From positions 23,154 through 87,153 of the IMG/VR virus record IMGVR_UViG_2791355197_000001: a DNA stretch of 64,000 nt; one strand, given 5' to 3'. The notes beneath the pieces are model-generated. The model saw only the letters and a list, made by a program, of their open reading frames with translations, was not told the DNA's origin and did no database searches. The position numbers were made by a program, and so were the translations under genes. Every line of letters starts with the position of its first letter. The first letter of the stretch is position 1. The stretch is from a virus. Positions 9,701 through 18,152 of the stretch are shown here, piece after piece.

Positions 9701-10587
9701 GTGCTGGCCGCGAGATGCGCGGCCCGCGCCTGCTCGATCTGGTCGAGGCGCGCCACTTCCGCGGCCAAAGCCTCGTAGGTAGCGCCTAGCGACGTTGCCG
9801 AGGCGCCGCCGCCGCCCAGCGCGGCCGTTAGGCTCTGCTGGAAATTGGTGCCGGCCTGTTCCGCGCGCATTCTGGCGATGTCGTCCAACTGCCGCAGGTT
9901 GGCGTCGAAGACGCTTGCGGAATCCTTGGCGGATTTCGCGACGCCGGCGATCAATGCGGCATCGAGATCCTGCGAGAATGCTTTCCCGGTTTCCTGCGCC
10001 TGAGCTCGAGCAATCCCCTCAAGGCCGCCGAACTGCGCCAGGAAGGCATCCGCGCTCTCCTGAGCCGACTTGGTGTCTCCGCCGATGTTGAACTGGGCGT
10101 TGATCCCGGCCTGGGCCCGCTGCGCCGCGGTCAGTTGCTCGATAGCAGCCGCCGCGCGGGTCGCGACCTCCGCATGGAGCGAGTATTCCTCGTTCAATCG
10201 CGTGACAGCACCGGCGATCGAGACGAATCCCTTCTCGGCCAGCGACGCAGCGTCGGCGGTCAGGCCGAACTTCTGGTAGGCGGCGTCGAGGAGCAGGTTG
10301 ACGCGGTCGAGGCCCATGCCGCGATCGGCGGCGTTGCCGATCCGGCGGATGATGGCCTCGAACTGCGCGCCGGCGCCGTAGCCGTCGAGCAGCGATTTGC
10401 TGACCGAGGCCATGCCGCCCGGGATCCTCGCCAGCGCAGCATCGGACTGCGCAAGCGCCGCATTGCGAGCCTTATCGCTCGCAATCATCTTGTTGTCGGC
10501 GTCGACCTTCTGCTGCGCGCCCCGGACATAACCCGAGGCGTCCAAGTCAGACGTGACTCGCAGGGACGACAGCGCCACTCCCGCCAT
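6760..10587 (-). CDS. Tail tape measure protein
   Basis: 1275 aa Ala-rich helical protein; NLSYQLNDVLTGLALGQSPFMILAQQGGQ (lambda-type TMP motif); C-terminal FARGG...GEAGPEAVMPL. Confidence 0.93.
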   Translation of the reverse strand: MAGVALSSLRVTSDLDASGYVRGAQQKVDADNKMIASDKARNAALAQSDAALARIPGGMASVSKSLLDGYGAGAQFEAIIRRIGNAADRGMGLDRVNLLLDAAYQKFGLTADAASLAEKGFVSIAGAVTRLNEEYSLHAEVATRAAAAIEQLTAAQRAQAGINAQFNIGGDTKSAQESADAFLAQFGGLEGIARAQAQETGKAFSQDLDAALIAGVAKSAKDSASVFDANLRQLDDIARMRAEQAGTNFQQSLTAALGGGGASATSLGATYEALAAEVARLDQIEQARAAHLAASTQQSIAQAYGYDQVTKSARASAAAFMDIDAAGAAMAAEFDEAIAAEQKMTAAAEQLRAKIAPLETEFTRLGAEMASYKKLLNDGYISTGEYEQAQVMLAKRLTDVQQQLKNASTTGRVASGELVNLSYQLNDVLTGLALGQSPFMILAQQGGQVFQIFQSSKASIVDFASVIGSKFLSLLSVGRLVWGGIAGAIGLGVAALISFQDKQQEVNRSLLGSGRASGATAGSINSIADAGSSRSGLSVAEARSFAATLAETGKIANDNILPIVQMGKDISTIFGVDATEAAKMLAQAFADPVKGAEDLNQRLGFLDAATKQNITNLVAQNKTYAAQVVLAAGVKSSLLDVANTVSTTRTAWTALGNTVSNAWDSIGKSIYNVLNPVQTLDAQLQAAQRNLEFLQKTGGRTVNPETGTLGYIADPAAVAAAQAQVDKLTAALQRQKTAADEARNAQQSLAQQQAIRTALPIIGQTQDLQNQLKLLQDLAAAPDVDQKLAKVGQTMDQLQRSIAATSAALAALPKNALVEFLGAAASPAERLAAGLEQIRTKAAQINASPADTGRATSALQLDIASSVQSARMSALGQSASVLDSVKQKTLELQRAQEAGAGLTDKQIKDQLALSRAQADGSLQIKAQADATTIQTATIGMSAGAAAEYTARMTALTDAVRNHKELTDQDKAAIDAQAKALGAAAQANALRQVQNDIRIGRQTALLSPDDVQIAQQLKTVYPDVATALASVEAQGLRTNAALSQVSSTVSSDLVTGFTDAIDGTKSFGQAISDTSKLVIRAIEEMIIKLMVVGPLMRSLQSSFSGLGGGADFGSLLGSAGVTFGSPGTAGSNLFGPVAPSALGNIFARGNIVPFARGGVVTRPVLFPMANGGTGLMGEAGPEAVMPLRRGPDGRLGVTAGGIGGAANDNAASGNVVVNIYNAPSGSDPQTSVSRTNNGTQVDVVFKNAVTGLMVDDAARNGPISQAISSRQKGFGS

Positions 10588-10990
10588 TTGTGTGCCCTCC
10601 CTCTCTCAACGCCTTGCGGTTTTCTTCGGCTTCCTTCTCCCGATCGGCCATGCGCTGAACGTGCTCGAGATATTCCTCATCCATGGCGCTCACGAACGCC
10701 AGGAAGGTCTCGAACTCGACGCCCCGAATGTCGTAGCGTCGCGCGTAGGTATCGATGGAAAGGAAGCTGATGGGCGACTGGCCACCCATGGCGCCGTATT
10801 GCCGATCGAACCGAAGGGCATGCCATGCACGCCAATAGGTTTCTGCCCAGAACGGCACTACGGTATCGTTGGGCCGCTCCGCCTCCGCCGCAAGCGCTAC
10901 GGCGTCAGGATCTTCTTCGGCTAATTCGAGAAGCCAGTCGTCAATGCCCTTCTGCTCGAACTCGTAGCGAAGGGCCGCCCTCAGTTTTTT
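10547..10990 (-). CDS. Tail assembly chaperone, frameshifted gpT-like extension
   Basis: The -1 frame from the A AAA AAC heptamer (10990-10984) stays open through KKLRAALRYEFEQ...PFWAETYWRAW...MDEEYL to 10547. Confidence 0.75.
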   Translation of the reverse strand, partial: KKLRAALRYEFEQKGIDDWLLELAEEDPDAVALAAEAERPNDTVVPFWAETYWRAWHALRFDRQYGAMGGQSPISFLSIDTYARRYDIRGVEFETFLAFVSAMDEEYLEHVQRMADREKEAEENRKALREGGHTNGGSGAVVPASHV

Positions 10991-11427
10991 ACTTTGGCCG
11001 CAACGAACTCCGCCTCTTCGCGGCCAACTCGCATCGCCGCACCGTAGATCGAGCCGCGGACATAGCGATACTCGGGATCGGTCAGGATCTCGGTCGCCTT
11101 CGCCGGTGAGAACGGAATGTCCTGCTCATCGTCGTCGACCAGGCCCTCCCAGCCGAGCAGAAGATGCTCGACAGCGAGGCTGCCGTGAGCTTCGGCGAGA
11201 ACATCGTCGGGGACGTTATCGCCGTGCTTCCGGGCAAGCTTGGCGCTGATCGCGTCCCTGGCGATCTTAAAAGGGGCGTAGTTCGTCGATCGAACGAACC
11301 AACGGATGGCGCCGGATGGGTCGATATCGATCGCCGGTATCCAGTCGCCTTCGCGCTCCTTCTGGCTATCTGCCCTCATTGAGGACAACTTCAACTTACG
11401 CACGGTCTTTTCGGGGGATTCAGTCAT
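10981..11427 (-). CDS. Tail assembly chaperone gpG-like
   Basis: 148 aa between tail tube and TMP; HLLLGWEGL motif; ends GTA AAA AAC TGA. Confidence 0.8.
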   Translation of the reverse strand: MTESPEKTVRKLKLSSMRADSQKEREGDWIPAIDIDPSGAIRWFVRSTNYAPFKIARDAISAKLARKHGDNVPDDVLAEAHGSLAVEHLLLGWEGLVDDDEQDIPFSPAKATEILTDPEYRYVRGSIYGAAMRVGREEAEFVAAKVKN

Positions 11428-11601
11428 GGCTTGGTGTCACCTTGGTGAGCAAGGGAAGCCTGGCGGGAGCCAGGGGGTGACCATCGATCCTGAGGACACC
11501 AATCCTCTACCGGCACCAACCGGTCCGGATCGCTGGGATTGCGCAGTGCCGCACGTGATGCGCGGCCCTTAGATGAATTCGGCCGGCCCGACCGCCGGCG
11601 C

Positions 11602-13083
11602 CTATTCGACGTACTCGAAGCGATCGAGCAGGATGTGCGCGTTGGTCGCGACGTCCTGCGAGGCTTGGTAGTCGAAGTCGGCCATGACCTGCGTATTCTT
11701 GGCCGTAGCCTGCGGATTGCCACCGCCGCGATAAACCGCCCGCGGGACCTGCCAGATCAGCGCCTGGCCGTTCTTCTGAACCCGCGAGTTGATGTTGCGG
11801 GGGGTGCCGTTCCGGAACGCCAACACCTCGGTCAGGCTGCCAAAATAGGTGGTGAGCTTGCCAGTGACAGTGCATTCACCATCATCGAGCGCAACCGGCG
11901 CGGCGGAATCGACGGCGTCCAGCGCCTGCAGATTGTTGTTGATCTGGACCGAAAAGCCCTTGGCCCAGTTCGGCGAGCCGAGTTGCGCCTGGTTGACGCC
12001 GAGGCGGCCGACGTTCGCATTGGCTGCCATGACGACACCGGTCGTTACCGGGTCCGGTACCGCGTCGAGCGTCACGGTCGTCTCGTCACCGCCGAGACCC
12101 AGGAAAACCGCCTGCCACTTCAGCTTATCGCCGCTCTGCATATCGACGTTGAAGGTGTTCACCCGCATGCCGAGATACGTGATGAAGGCCGGCGTCTGCA
12201 TACCGAGAAAGCCCTTCTCGATCGTCATCGTGTTGGGCGTGACGCCGTTCTTGATCTGGTCGCTGACGAAGACCGAGATCGTCTTGCCTGTGCCTGGATC
12301 GGCCGCCCAGCCCGACGGCAGATTGTCCAACGTCAGCTTGTTGGCTGCGATCGCGGCGATGCGCGCGTAAGCCGCGTTCCGGGCCTTGGCGCCGGCCGTG
12401 ACCAGGAACGCGAACGTCGAAGCATCCGCGGTACCACCGACCTTCACCCACTGCCCTACGGCGAGGCCGAGCGTGGTGAAATCGAGCGTCGTGGATCCGA
12501 GACCGTCAACCAGCGCGGTGATGTCGCCGGCGACGCCGGCGAAACCGACCACCTTGAGCCGAGCGGTGCCGGGAGGAGCGGCCTCCGCAACCAAGGCGGA
12601 GCCACCGACGATTGTCGTGCCCGTGGATGCCGTGGCTCGGAAAATCTGGTTGTTCGCCGCCTGGCCGAAGCCGCTCGCGCGCACCAGCATGCCGACCTTC
12701 ACCGCGGCCCCGCCCGACACCACTGCATAGGTGCTTGCCGTCGTGCCCGCATCGGTGACGACACTATCGGGGGTGCCATCGTTGAAGAACGCCGGGGTGT
12801 TCACCCAGGCATTTTCGAACGCCGACATGAGGAGCTCCGAGAGCGGCGAGCCATCATCCGGGAAAGAAATCTCACCGTTGATGCCGCCGTTGGTCGTCTC
12901 GTTCGTCTTGATCGGGTCGCCGAGCATGCGGTCGTCTCGGATCTCTTCCGAGTCCACATAGGTCGGCGCCAGGGAGAGCGACTCGCCGGTCATCCTGACC
13001 TTGCGCATGCGCGGCGTCGTCGGGGTGACGCCGGGCGTGGTCTCCCGAACGAGAGCGAGTTGCGTACGGTTGGATGAGGTCAC
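11602..13083 (-). CDS. Major tail tube protein
   Basis: 493 aa; MTSSNRTQLALVRETTPGVTP...MTGESL, SEEIRDDR, TIEKGF, VTGKLTTYF; synteny. Confidence 0.85.
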   Translation of the reverse strand: MTSSNRTQLALVRETTPGVTPTTPRMRKVRMTGESLSLAPTYVDSEEIRDDRMLGDPIKTNETTNGGINGEISFPDDGSPLSELLMSAFENAWVNTPAFFNDGTPDSVVTDAGTTASTYAVVSGGAAVKVGMLVRASGFGQAANNQIFRATASTGTTIVGGSALVAEAAPPGTARLKVVGFAGVAGDITALVDGLGSTTLDFTTLGLAVGQWVKVGGTADASTFAFLVTAGAKARNAAYARIAAIAANKLTLDNLPSGWAADPGTGKTISVFVSDQIKNGVTPNTMTIEKGFLGMQTPAFITYLGMRVNTFNVDMQSGDKLKWQAVFLGLGGDETTVTLDAVPDPVTTGVVMAANANVGRLGVNQAQLGSPNWAKGFSVQINNNLQALDAVDSAAPVALDDGECTVTGKLTTYFGSLTEVLAFRNGTPRNINSRVQKNGQALIWQVPRAVYRGGGNPQATAKNTQVMADFDYQASQDVATNAHILLDRFEYVE

Positions 13084-13098
13084 GGCGTTCTCCCAATG

Positions 13099-13124
13099 AA
13101 AAAGGCGCCCGATGGGGCGCCTTG
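13099..13124 (-). terminator. Probable intrinsic terminator/attenuator upstream of the tail tube gene
   Basis: AAGGCGCCC/GGGCGCCTT stem followed by a T-run on the minus strand. Confidence 0.5.
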
Positions 13125-13152
13125 CGTGAGGTCAGCGATGTGGGGTTGAGGA

Positions 13153-13392
13153 CTACTTCTCGGAGGTCGGCGGCGGTGCCGGCGGGCTCGGCTCGAGCTT
13201 GTTCAGCGGAAGGGATACCGGCGGTGGCAACGCAACCGCCTCGCTGCGTTTCTTGATGAAGCCGCGGGCCTTCAGCGTCTCGATGGAGTGCGGCTCCAGA
13301 TGGTCGCCGTCGCTGACGACATTGCTGCGCTCATCATCCGGCTTGAAGCGGCGGTTGATGGTGCTGAACGGCTTCTCGACATCGTAATCCAT
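13153..13392 (-). CDS. Small virion-region hypothetical protein
   Basis: 79 aa ORF with RBS, co-oriented within the late operon. Confidence 0.6.
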   Translation of the reverse strand: MDYDVEKPFSTINRRFKPDDERSNVVSDGDHLEPHSIETLKARGFIKKRSEAVALPPPVSLPLNKLEPSPPAPPPTSEK

Positions 13393-13404
13393 TGCGGGAG
13401 TCTC

Positions 13405-13878
13405 CTATTCGGCCTCGGTCAGGCCCCAGACGATGCTGACGGACATGAGGTAGTAGTTCGCGTTCTCGGCCCCCGGATCGCCGGCGCCCATGTCCGCGTC
13501 CTTGAACTCGAGCCGATCGTTCAGCATCGTCATGCCGCGGAACATATTGGCGAGACCCTTGGCGATCCGCCGCGCCTCGCGCGATCCTGTGCCCCGCGGT
13601 GTGAAGACGTGGAACCAGAGCGTGCCGTCTTCGTCCCAGCGATTGCCGCCTTGATCTACGCCACCACCGATCGACTGTTGCCCGTACAGTTGGCTGTTCA
13701 GAACGACCAGGACCCAGGGATTGATCTCGCCGCTCGGCGAGCTATCCCCTTCATTCTCGTAGACCAGCGGCGCGACAGTGAAATCCCAGTTGCCGGCGAC
13801 CAACTGATTGGTGGTGAGGTCGACATATCCGAGATACTGCCGGATCGCGTCGAACACCGGATCGTACGGTAGATCCAT
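13405..13878 (-). CDS. Tail terminator protein
   Basis: Start MDLPYDP at 13878 coupled to the upstream stop; GTLWFHVFTPRGTGSREARRIA pattern. Confidence 0.75.
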   Translation of the reverse strand: MDLPYDPVFDAIRQYLGYVDLTTNQLVAGNWDFTVAPLVYENEGDSSPSGEINPWVLVVLNSQLYGQQSIGGGVDQGGNRWDEDGTLWFHVFTPRGTGSREARRIAKGLANMFRGMTMLNDRLEFKDADMGAGDPGAENANYYLMSVSIVWGLTEAE

Positions 13879-14531
13879 CACTCGACCTTCATCGTCATCA
13901 CCAGCGCCGGATACGTCATCTGCGCTCCCGCAGCGGTGTCGCTGCGCAGCTTCGTCCTGGCGAATGGACGGTAGCCGCGCCGGAAACGGCCCTTGAGGAT
14001 GTAGCCACCCGGCAGCGTGATCATTGTCCGCTTCGCCGTGACGAAGTTGCCGAACCTCGACATGACCATCTTCCGGACGTCTTCGATGATGCCTGGTGGC
14101 ACTGACATCCGCATGTGGCCGACATCGATCTTGCGGCTGTATGCACGGTTGTTCGTCAAGATGACGGTCGAGTTGATCGAGATGCTGTCGAAGTTGGCGA
14201 CGATCCCGCCGGGCGTCATGATGAACCACGACTTCTTGTAGTCGCCGGACTTCTCGGGCGATCGATCGACTGCGGCCTGCAGCGCTAGCTCAATGATCTC
14301 CTGCCACCATCTGAAGACGTACAGGATCGGTCCCGGAGGAACGACGGTCTCTTCCTCGGCGTCGAGCCGGCCGTTGACGTACTTGTCGTACCGCTCCGAG
14401 CCGGTACCTTCCTGGATCGCCTTCGACAACTCGGAGCGCGCGAAGGCGGCCATTTCCTTCGCGATGTTCTCCGGTGCGATCCCCGCAGTTGCGAACTTGA
14501 GATCCCGCTCAAATGTCGAGATGCGAGGCAT
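13878..14531 (-). CDS. Tail completion / neck protein (HK97 gp10 position)
   Basis: 217 aa; AVDRSPEKSGDYKKSW, LTNNRAYSRKID; synteny. Confidence 0.65.
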   Translation of the reverse strand: MPRISTFERDLKFATAGIAPENIAKEMAAFARSELSKAIQEGTGSERYDKYVNGRLDAEEETVVPPGPILYVFRWWQEIIELALQAAVDRSPEKSGDYKKSWFIMTPGGIVANFDSISINSTVILTNNRAYSRKIDVGHMRMSVPPGIIEDVRKMVMSRFGNFVTAKRTMITLPGGYILKGRFRRGYRPFARTKLRSDTAAGAQMTYPALVMTMKVE

Positions 14532-14533
14532 TT

Positions 14534-14914
14534 CTAGCCGTCGACGATCATCTTGACGCGAACGATTTCGCCGTCGACCGCGATCGCGTCGGCCGATTTC
14601 ACCGTCTTGGGGCCACCTTTGATTATGGCGACGTCGCCGATAATCGGAATCGCGGGATCAACGTCAAAGGGGGGCGCGGCTGGAGCCGGAGCATTTTGCG
14701 GCCAACCCTCCGCCCTGATCTGCGTCATGGAGATGATCACGACGAAAGGCTGCTTGTAGATTCCGGCCGCAATCGCCTCGGCGTTCAGGCGATAGCTCCG
14801 GACATGCGCCCGTACCGTGACCTCGTCCTTGTGGGCGCCAATGACGCGGCGAAGGACGATGTCCTCACCTTCCCTCTCGAGCGAGTCGTCCAGGTCGTCG
14901 ATGTGGTCGCTCAC
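14534..14914 (-). CDS. Head closure / head-tail joining protein
   Basis: 126 aa beta-rich ORF after the adaptor. Confidence 0.6.
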   Translation of the reverse strand: MSDHIDDLDDSLEREGEDIVLRRVIGAHKDEVTVRAHVRSYRLNAEAIAAGIYKQPFVVIISMTQIRAEGWPQNAPAPAAPPFDVDPAIPIIGDVAIIKGGPKTVKSADAIAVDGEIVRVKMIVDG

Positions 14915-14918
14915 GTGA

Positions 14919-15593
14919 CTACACCGATCGGTAGCGATATGGCGCGAGCTTGGCCTGGATATCCGGTGGCAAGCCGCCGCCCTGCGCGAGCCCTCCTACC
15001 CAGTATTCGCGGGCATCGATGTCCTGGACGTCCAGGGACTTCAGCAACGGATCCCGGGTCCGAGCCGCCCGCATCCCCTTGACCATGTCGACGACCGCGG
15101 ACTCGATGTCATATGGCAGCGTCCGGGCGGCTCCGCCCTGGTCCGGCAGCAGCCACCCTGCAGTAAACCTGACCTCGATCTTGACGCGGCAACGCCAGAA
15201 GCATTCCTGATAGAAGCCGAGACCGCGCAGCCGGGTAAGGACGCCGCTGCGGCCCTCGAGCTCGTACTGCTCGGCGGTGAGATCTACGTCGTTCTCCTTG
15301 ATATAGGCGATCGCCGTCACAGGCCGGCGAGCCAATACCAGCTTCGTCAGATGACGGTGATGCTCACGCAGCAAGAACGTCTGGATCAACTCCTCGGACG
15401 CCAAGGTGCGCGTGCCGTCATCGGCCATCGTCACCCTGAGGTAGGAGCACACCATCGCGCTGGCGCGCGCGATGGCTTCGTCGATGTAGGCATCCTCGGC
15501 CGAACCGCTGATCTTCAGATCTGACTTGATCGTGTCCCGAAGCGTCAAGGCCGTCAGCGTTGCCGGAACGGCTCGAACGATGGTGTTCAGCAT
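14919..15593 (-). CDS. Head-tail adaptor (gp6-like)
   Basis: LTLRDTIKSDLKI...DAYIDEAIARAS, FTAGW...LPYDIESAV. Confidence 0.8.
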   Translation of the reverse strand: MLNTIVRAVPATLTALTLRDTIKSDLKISGSAEDAYIDEAIARASAMVCSYLRVTMADDGTRTLASEELIQTFLLREHHRHLTKLVLARRPVTAIAYIKENDVDLTAEQYELEGRSGVLTRLRGLGFYQECFWRCRVKIEVRFTAGWLLPDQGGAARTLPYDIESAVVDMVKGMRAARTRDPLLKSLDVQDIDAREYWVGGLAQGGGLPPDIQAKLAPYRYRSV

Positions 15594-15624
15594 CTATGCC
15601 TCTCCGGCACAGCCGATCCAGATG

Positions 15625-16131
15625 TCAGCCGGCCGCGGAAGTGCCGGCCGCAGCATCGGTGCCGGCAGTCTTGCCGCCGGCATCGGCCTGCGCGCCGCCG
15701 GCGCTCGCCTGGCCCTCGGCTGCCTCCTTCTGACTACCGGTCGAGCCTTCGGAGGCGTTGCCGACTTCGCCGGTTGCCGAAGTTTGGGGATTGGCTCGCC
15801 GATCGAGTTCCGCCTGGACGATGGTCCGGGCCTCGTCGGTGCCGGCGACAGGCTTGCCGAAGATCTTCTCCGCCAGCGCCTTCAATGCGAACCACTTCAG
15901 CTTGGCCCAGTTCTCCGGGATCTCGACCTCGCCGTCGATTACGGTCACGTCTCCGCCGCCATCACCGGCCCCGGCGGTGTCAGCCCCTTCGCTACCCTCC
16001 AGGACTGCCAGCCCGTACTTCAAAGCGGTGTCGGCGAGATCACCATCGATCACGTCTCCCGCGGCGAAATTGGTTGGATTGGTCTCACCATCCCTGACTC
16101 CCGGAAACGGCGTAACAACCACTGCACTCAT
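15625..16131 (-). CDS. Hypothetical head-region protein with a small helical (HeH/Rho-N-like) module
   Basis: 168 aa; EIPENWAKLKWFALKALAEK segment flanked by low-complexity Gly/Ala linkers. Confidence 0.6.
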   Translation of the reverse strand: MSAVVVTPFPGVRDGETNPTNFAAGDVIDGDLADTALKYGLAVLEGSEGADTAGAGDGGGDVTVIDGEVEIPENWAKLKWFALKALAEKIFGKPVAGTDEARTIVQAELDRRANPQTSATGEVGNASEGSTGSQKEAAEGQASAGGAQADAGGKTAGTDAAAGTSAAG

Positions 16132-16166
16132 GGCAAATCTCCCATAGTTTTGCCCGGTCTCAGGTA

Positions 16167-16193
16167 GCGGCGCCGTTTGGACAACGGCGCCGC
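16167..16193. terminator. GC-rich hairpin after the capsid-linked gene
   Basis: GCGGCGCCGTT/AACGGCGCCGC inverted repeat. Confidence 0.45.
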
Positions 16194-16220
16194 ATCGAGC
16201 CCGATCGCTACGGTTTCAGG

Positions 16221-16616
16221 TTACGGAAGCGGAGACACACGGGCCCGCGAGCGGATGACAGCCATCGACTGCAGCATGCCGGTGGTCGCGCCGGCCGTGA
16301 CGATCGATCCGCGGACGTAACGCTTGCTGCCGACGTAGCCGACGCGCTGAACAGCGTTCTGGCCCGCGGCGCTCGTCACCGGAGCGAATGCTCCCTGGAT
16401 GTCCGGGGCAGCAGCGGCGACATAGGTGGCGCCATCGTCGCTGTGCTGGATCGACGGGGTATGCGAGCCGTCGGTCCAGGCGCCCGCCTCGAACGCAAAC
16501 ATCACGCTCTCGTAGCCCTGGAGGTCGACAGTCGCGCCATTGGCGGTGCCGTTCACGCGGGCCGCCGGCGCAAGGGTCTGAGCAACGTCAACGTTGCTCC
16601 GGAGATCACGCTTCAT
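16221..16616 (-). CDS. Probable head decoration/cement protein
   Basis: 131 aa immediately downstream of the capsid gene; VDLQGYES...SIQHSDDG...GYVGSKRYVR. Confidence 0.65.
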   Translation of the reverse strand: MKRDLRSNVDVAQTLAPAARVNGTANGATVDLQGYESVMFAFEAGAWTDGSHTPSIQHSDDGATYVAAAAPDIQGAFAPVTSAAGQNAVQRVGYVGSKRYVRGSIVTAGATTGMLQSMAVIRSRARVSPLP

Positions 16617-16713
16617 AGCGTTAGTCCCTTCTGAAGTTGGAGGAAATGGTGGAGGAGTGCTGCGGCCCGGCCCGCTGGGCCGAGCCGCGGTCTCGATCTT
16701 GCTCGAAGGGCGC

Positions 16714-18132
16714 TTACGCGAACTTCAGGAGCTTGATCGCTTCGAAGTTCTGGATGCCACCGCCGACGCGCTTGGTCGTGTAGAACAGCACGTACGGCTT
16801 CGCGGTGTACGGGTCGCGCAGGACGCGGATACCGATCCGATCGATGATCAGATAGGCACGCTTGAAGTCGCCGTATGCCACCGAGAGAGAGTTGGCGCCC
16901 ATGTCCGGCATGTCGGGCATCTCGACCGACGGCCGGCCGAGGATTTCCTCGATGAAGCCTTCCTGACGGAGGACCATGTTGAGGAGATAGTTGCCCTGGC
17001 CGTCCTTGAGCTTCCGGATCGCGCCGAGCGTGCCGCGGTTCGCCACGAAGGTCGAATTGATGCGGTACGGGCTCTTCACCGAATGCAGAAGGTCCACCAG
17101 ACAGTCGGCCGGGTTGGTGGCTGCGAACGCGCCGGCGGCGCCGGTGGTTATGAAGCCGATCTTGCCCCACGCATAGGCGGCGTTCGCGACAGTCTGGTAA
17201 CCACCGACAATGCCGTTCGGCTTGTTCTGGCCGTCTCCGACCACGAAGGCGTTGCCCTCCTGGCGGGCGAACTCCAACTGCACCTCGCCCGCGATCCATG
17301 CGCCGATATCGACAAACGCGTCGTCGAGCAGGCTCTGGGAAGCCGCCGGCATGGCGTACATTTCCATGACCGGGAACTTCAGCTCGCTGAGGTTCGAGCC
17401 GGCGGTCTGCGGACGGGAGTCCACTTCGCCGACCCAGCCGGAAGCGGTACCGTGCTGGTTGACCAGCTTGCGGTATTCCGAGGTTCCGATCGTGCGGACG
17501 GTGGCGAGATCGCGCATCGGCGAGATCTGCTGCACGACTTCATCGATCATCGTCTCGATCTCGGGCAGCACGGTATAGCCGCCGTCCGGATCCGAGCCGA
17601 TGCTCATGGCGGCCTTCACCTCGAGCTCGCGCAGCGCCGACGCACCACCCTGGAGGGCGTTCTCGCCGCGGCGGAAGTACGTATTGAAGGCCTTCGCGTA
17701 CTCCGGCAGGTTCGGGTTGGAGACTCGCGGATCCTTGCTGGCCTTGGCACCGCCGGTGCCGAGTGCAGTCAGCGACGCCTGCTTCTCGCTGAGCTTCTCG
17801 ATGTCGGCGAGGACCTTCTTGATGAGCGCGTCGACTTCCTTGTTCGCCTTGACGAGATCGTCGACGGCCGCATTGACGCGATCGACCTTCTCGGAAGTGA
17901 CGACATCCGCCTTGGCCTTCAGCGCGGTGTCATTCTCCGCCTTGAAGTCGGTGAACGTCTTCTGGAGCTTGTCATAGGTCTCCTTCTGGGAGGCCTTGAA
18001 CTGGTCCAGATTCGTGGTGAGCTGCTGGACGAGCTCGGCAACATTCGCACCGTCGGCGCGAATACCACCAAGCATCAGGGCGCGTGGCGCAGCAGTGCGC
18101 AGCGCGCGCGGGTCAACGTGGCGCATAGCCAA
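16714..18132 (-). CDS. Major capsid protein, HK97 fold
   Basis: 472 aa; coiled-coil delta domain, DPDGGYTVLPE, WVGEVDSRP, YGDFKRAYLIIDRIG, KRVGG. Confidence 0.95.
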   Translation of the reverse strand: MAMRHVDPRALRTAAPRALMLGGIRADGANVAELVQQLTTNLDQFKASQKETYDKLQKTFTDFKAENDTALKAKADVVTSEKVDRVNAAVDDLVKANKEVDALIKKVLADIEKLSEKQASLTALGTGGAKASKDPRVSNPNLPEYAKAFNTYFRRGENALQGGASALRELEVKAAMSIGSDPDGGYTVLPEIETMIDEVVQQISPMRDLATVRTIGTSEYRKLVNQHGTASGWVGEVDSRPQTAGSNLSELKFPVMEMYAMPAASQSLLDDAFVDIGAWIAGEVQLEFARQEGNAFVVGDGQNKPNGIVGGYQTVANAAYAWGKIGFITTGAAGAFAATNPADCLVDLLHSVKSPYRINSTFVANRGTLGAIRKLKDGQGNYLLNMVLRQEGFIEEILGRPSVEMPDMPDMGANSLSVAYGDFKRAYLIIDRIGIRVLRDPYTAKPYVLFYTTKRVGGGIQNFEAIKLLKFA

Positions 18133-18152
18133 TTCCTTCAGATGTGAGGGGT

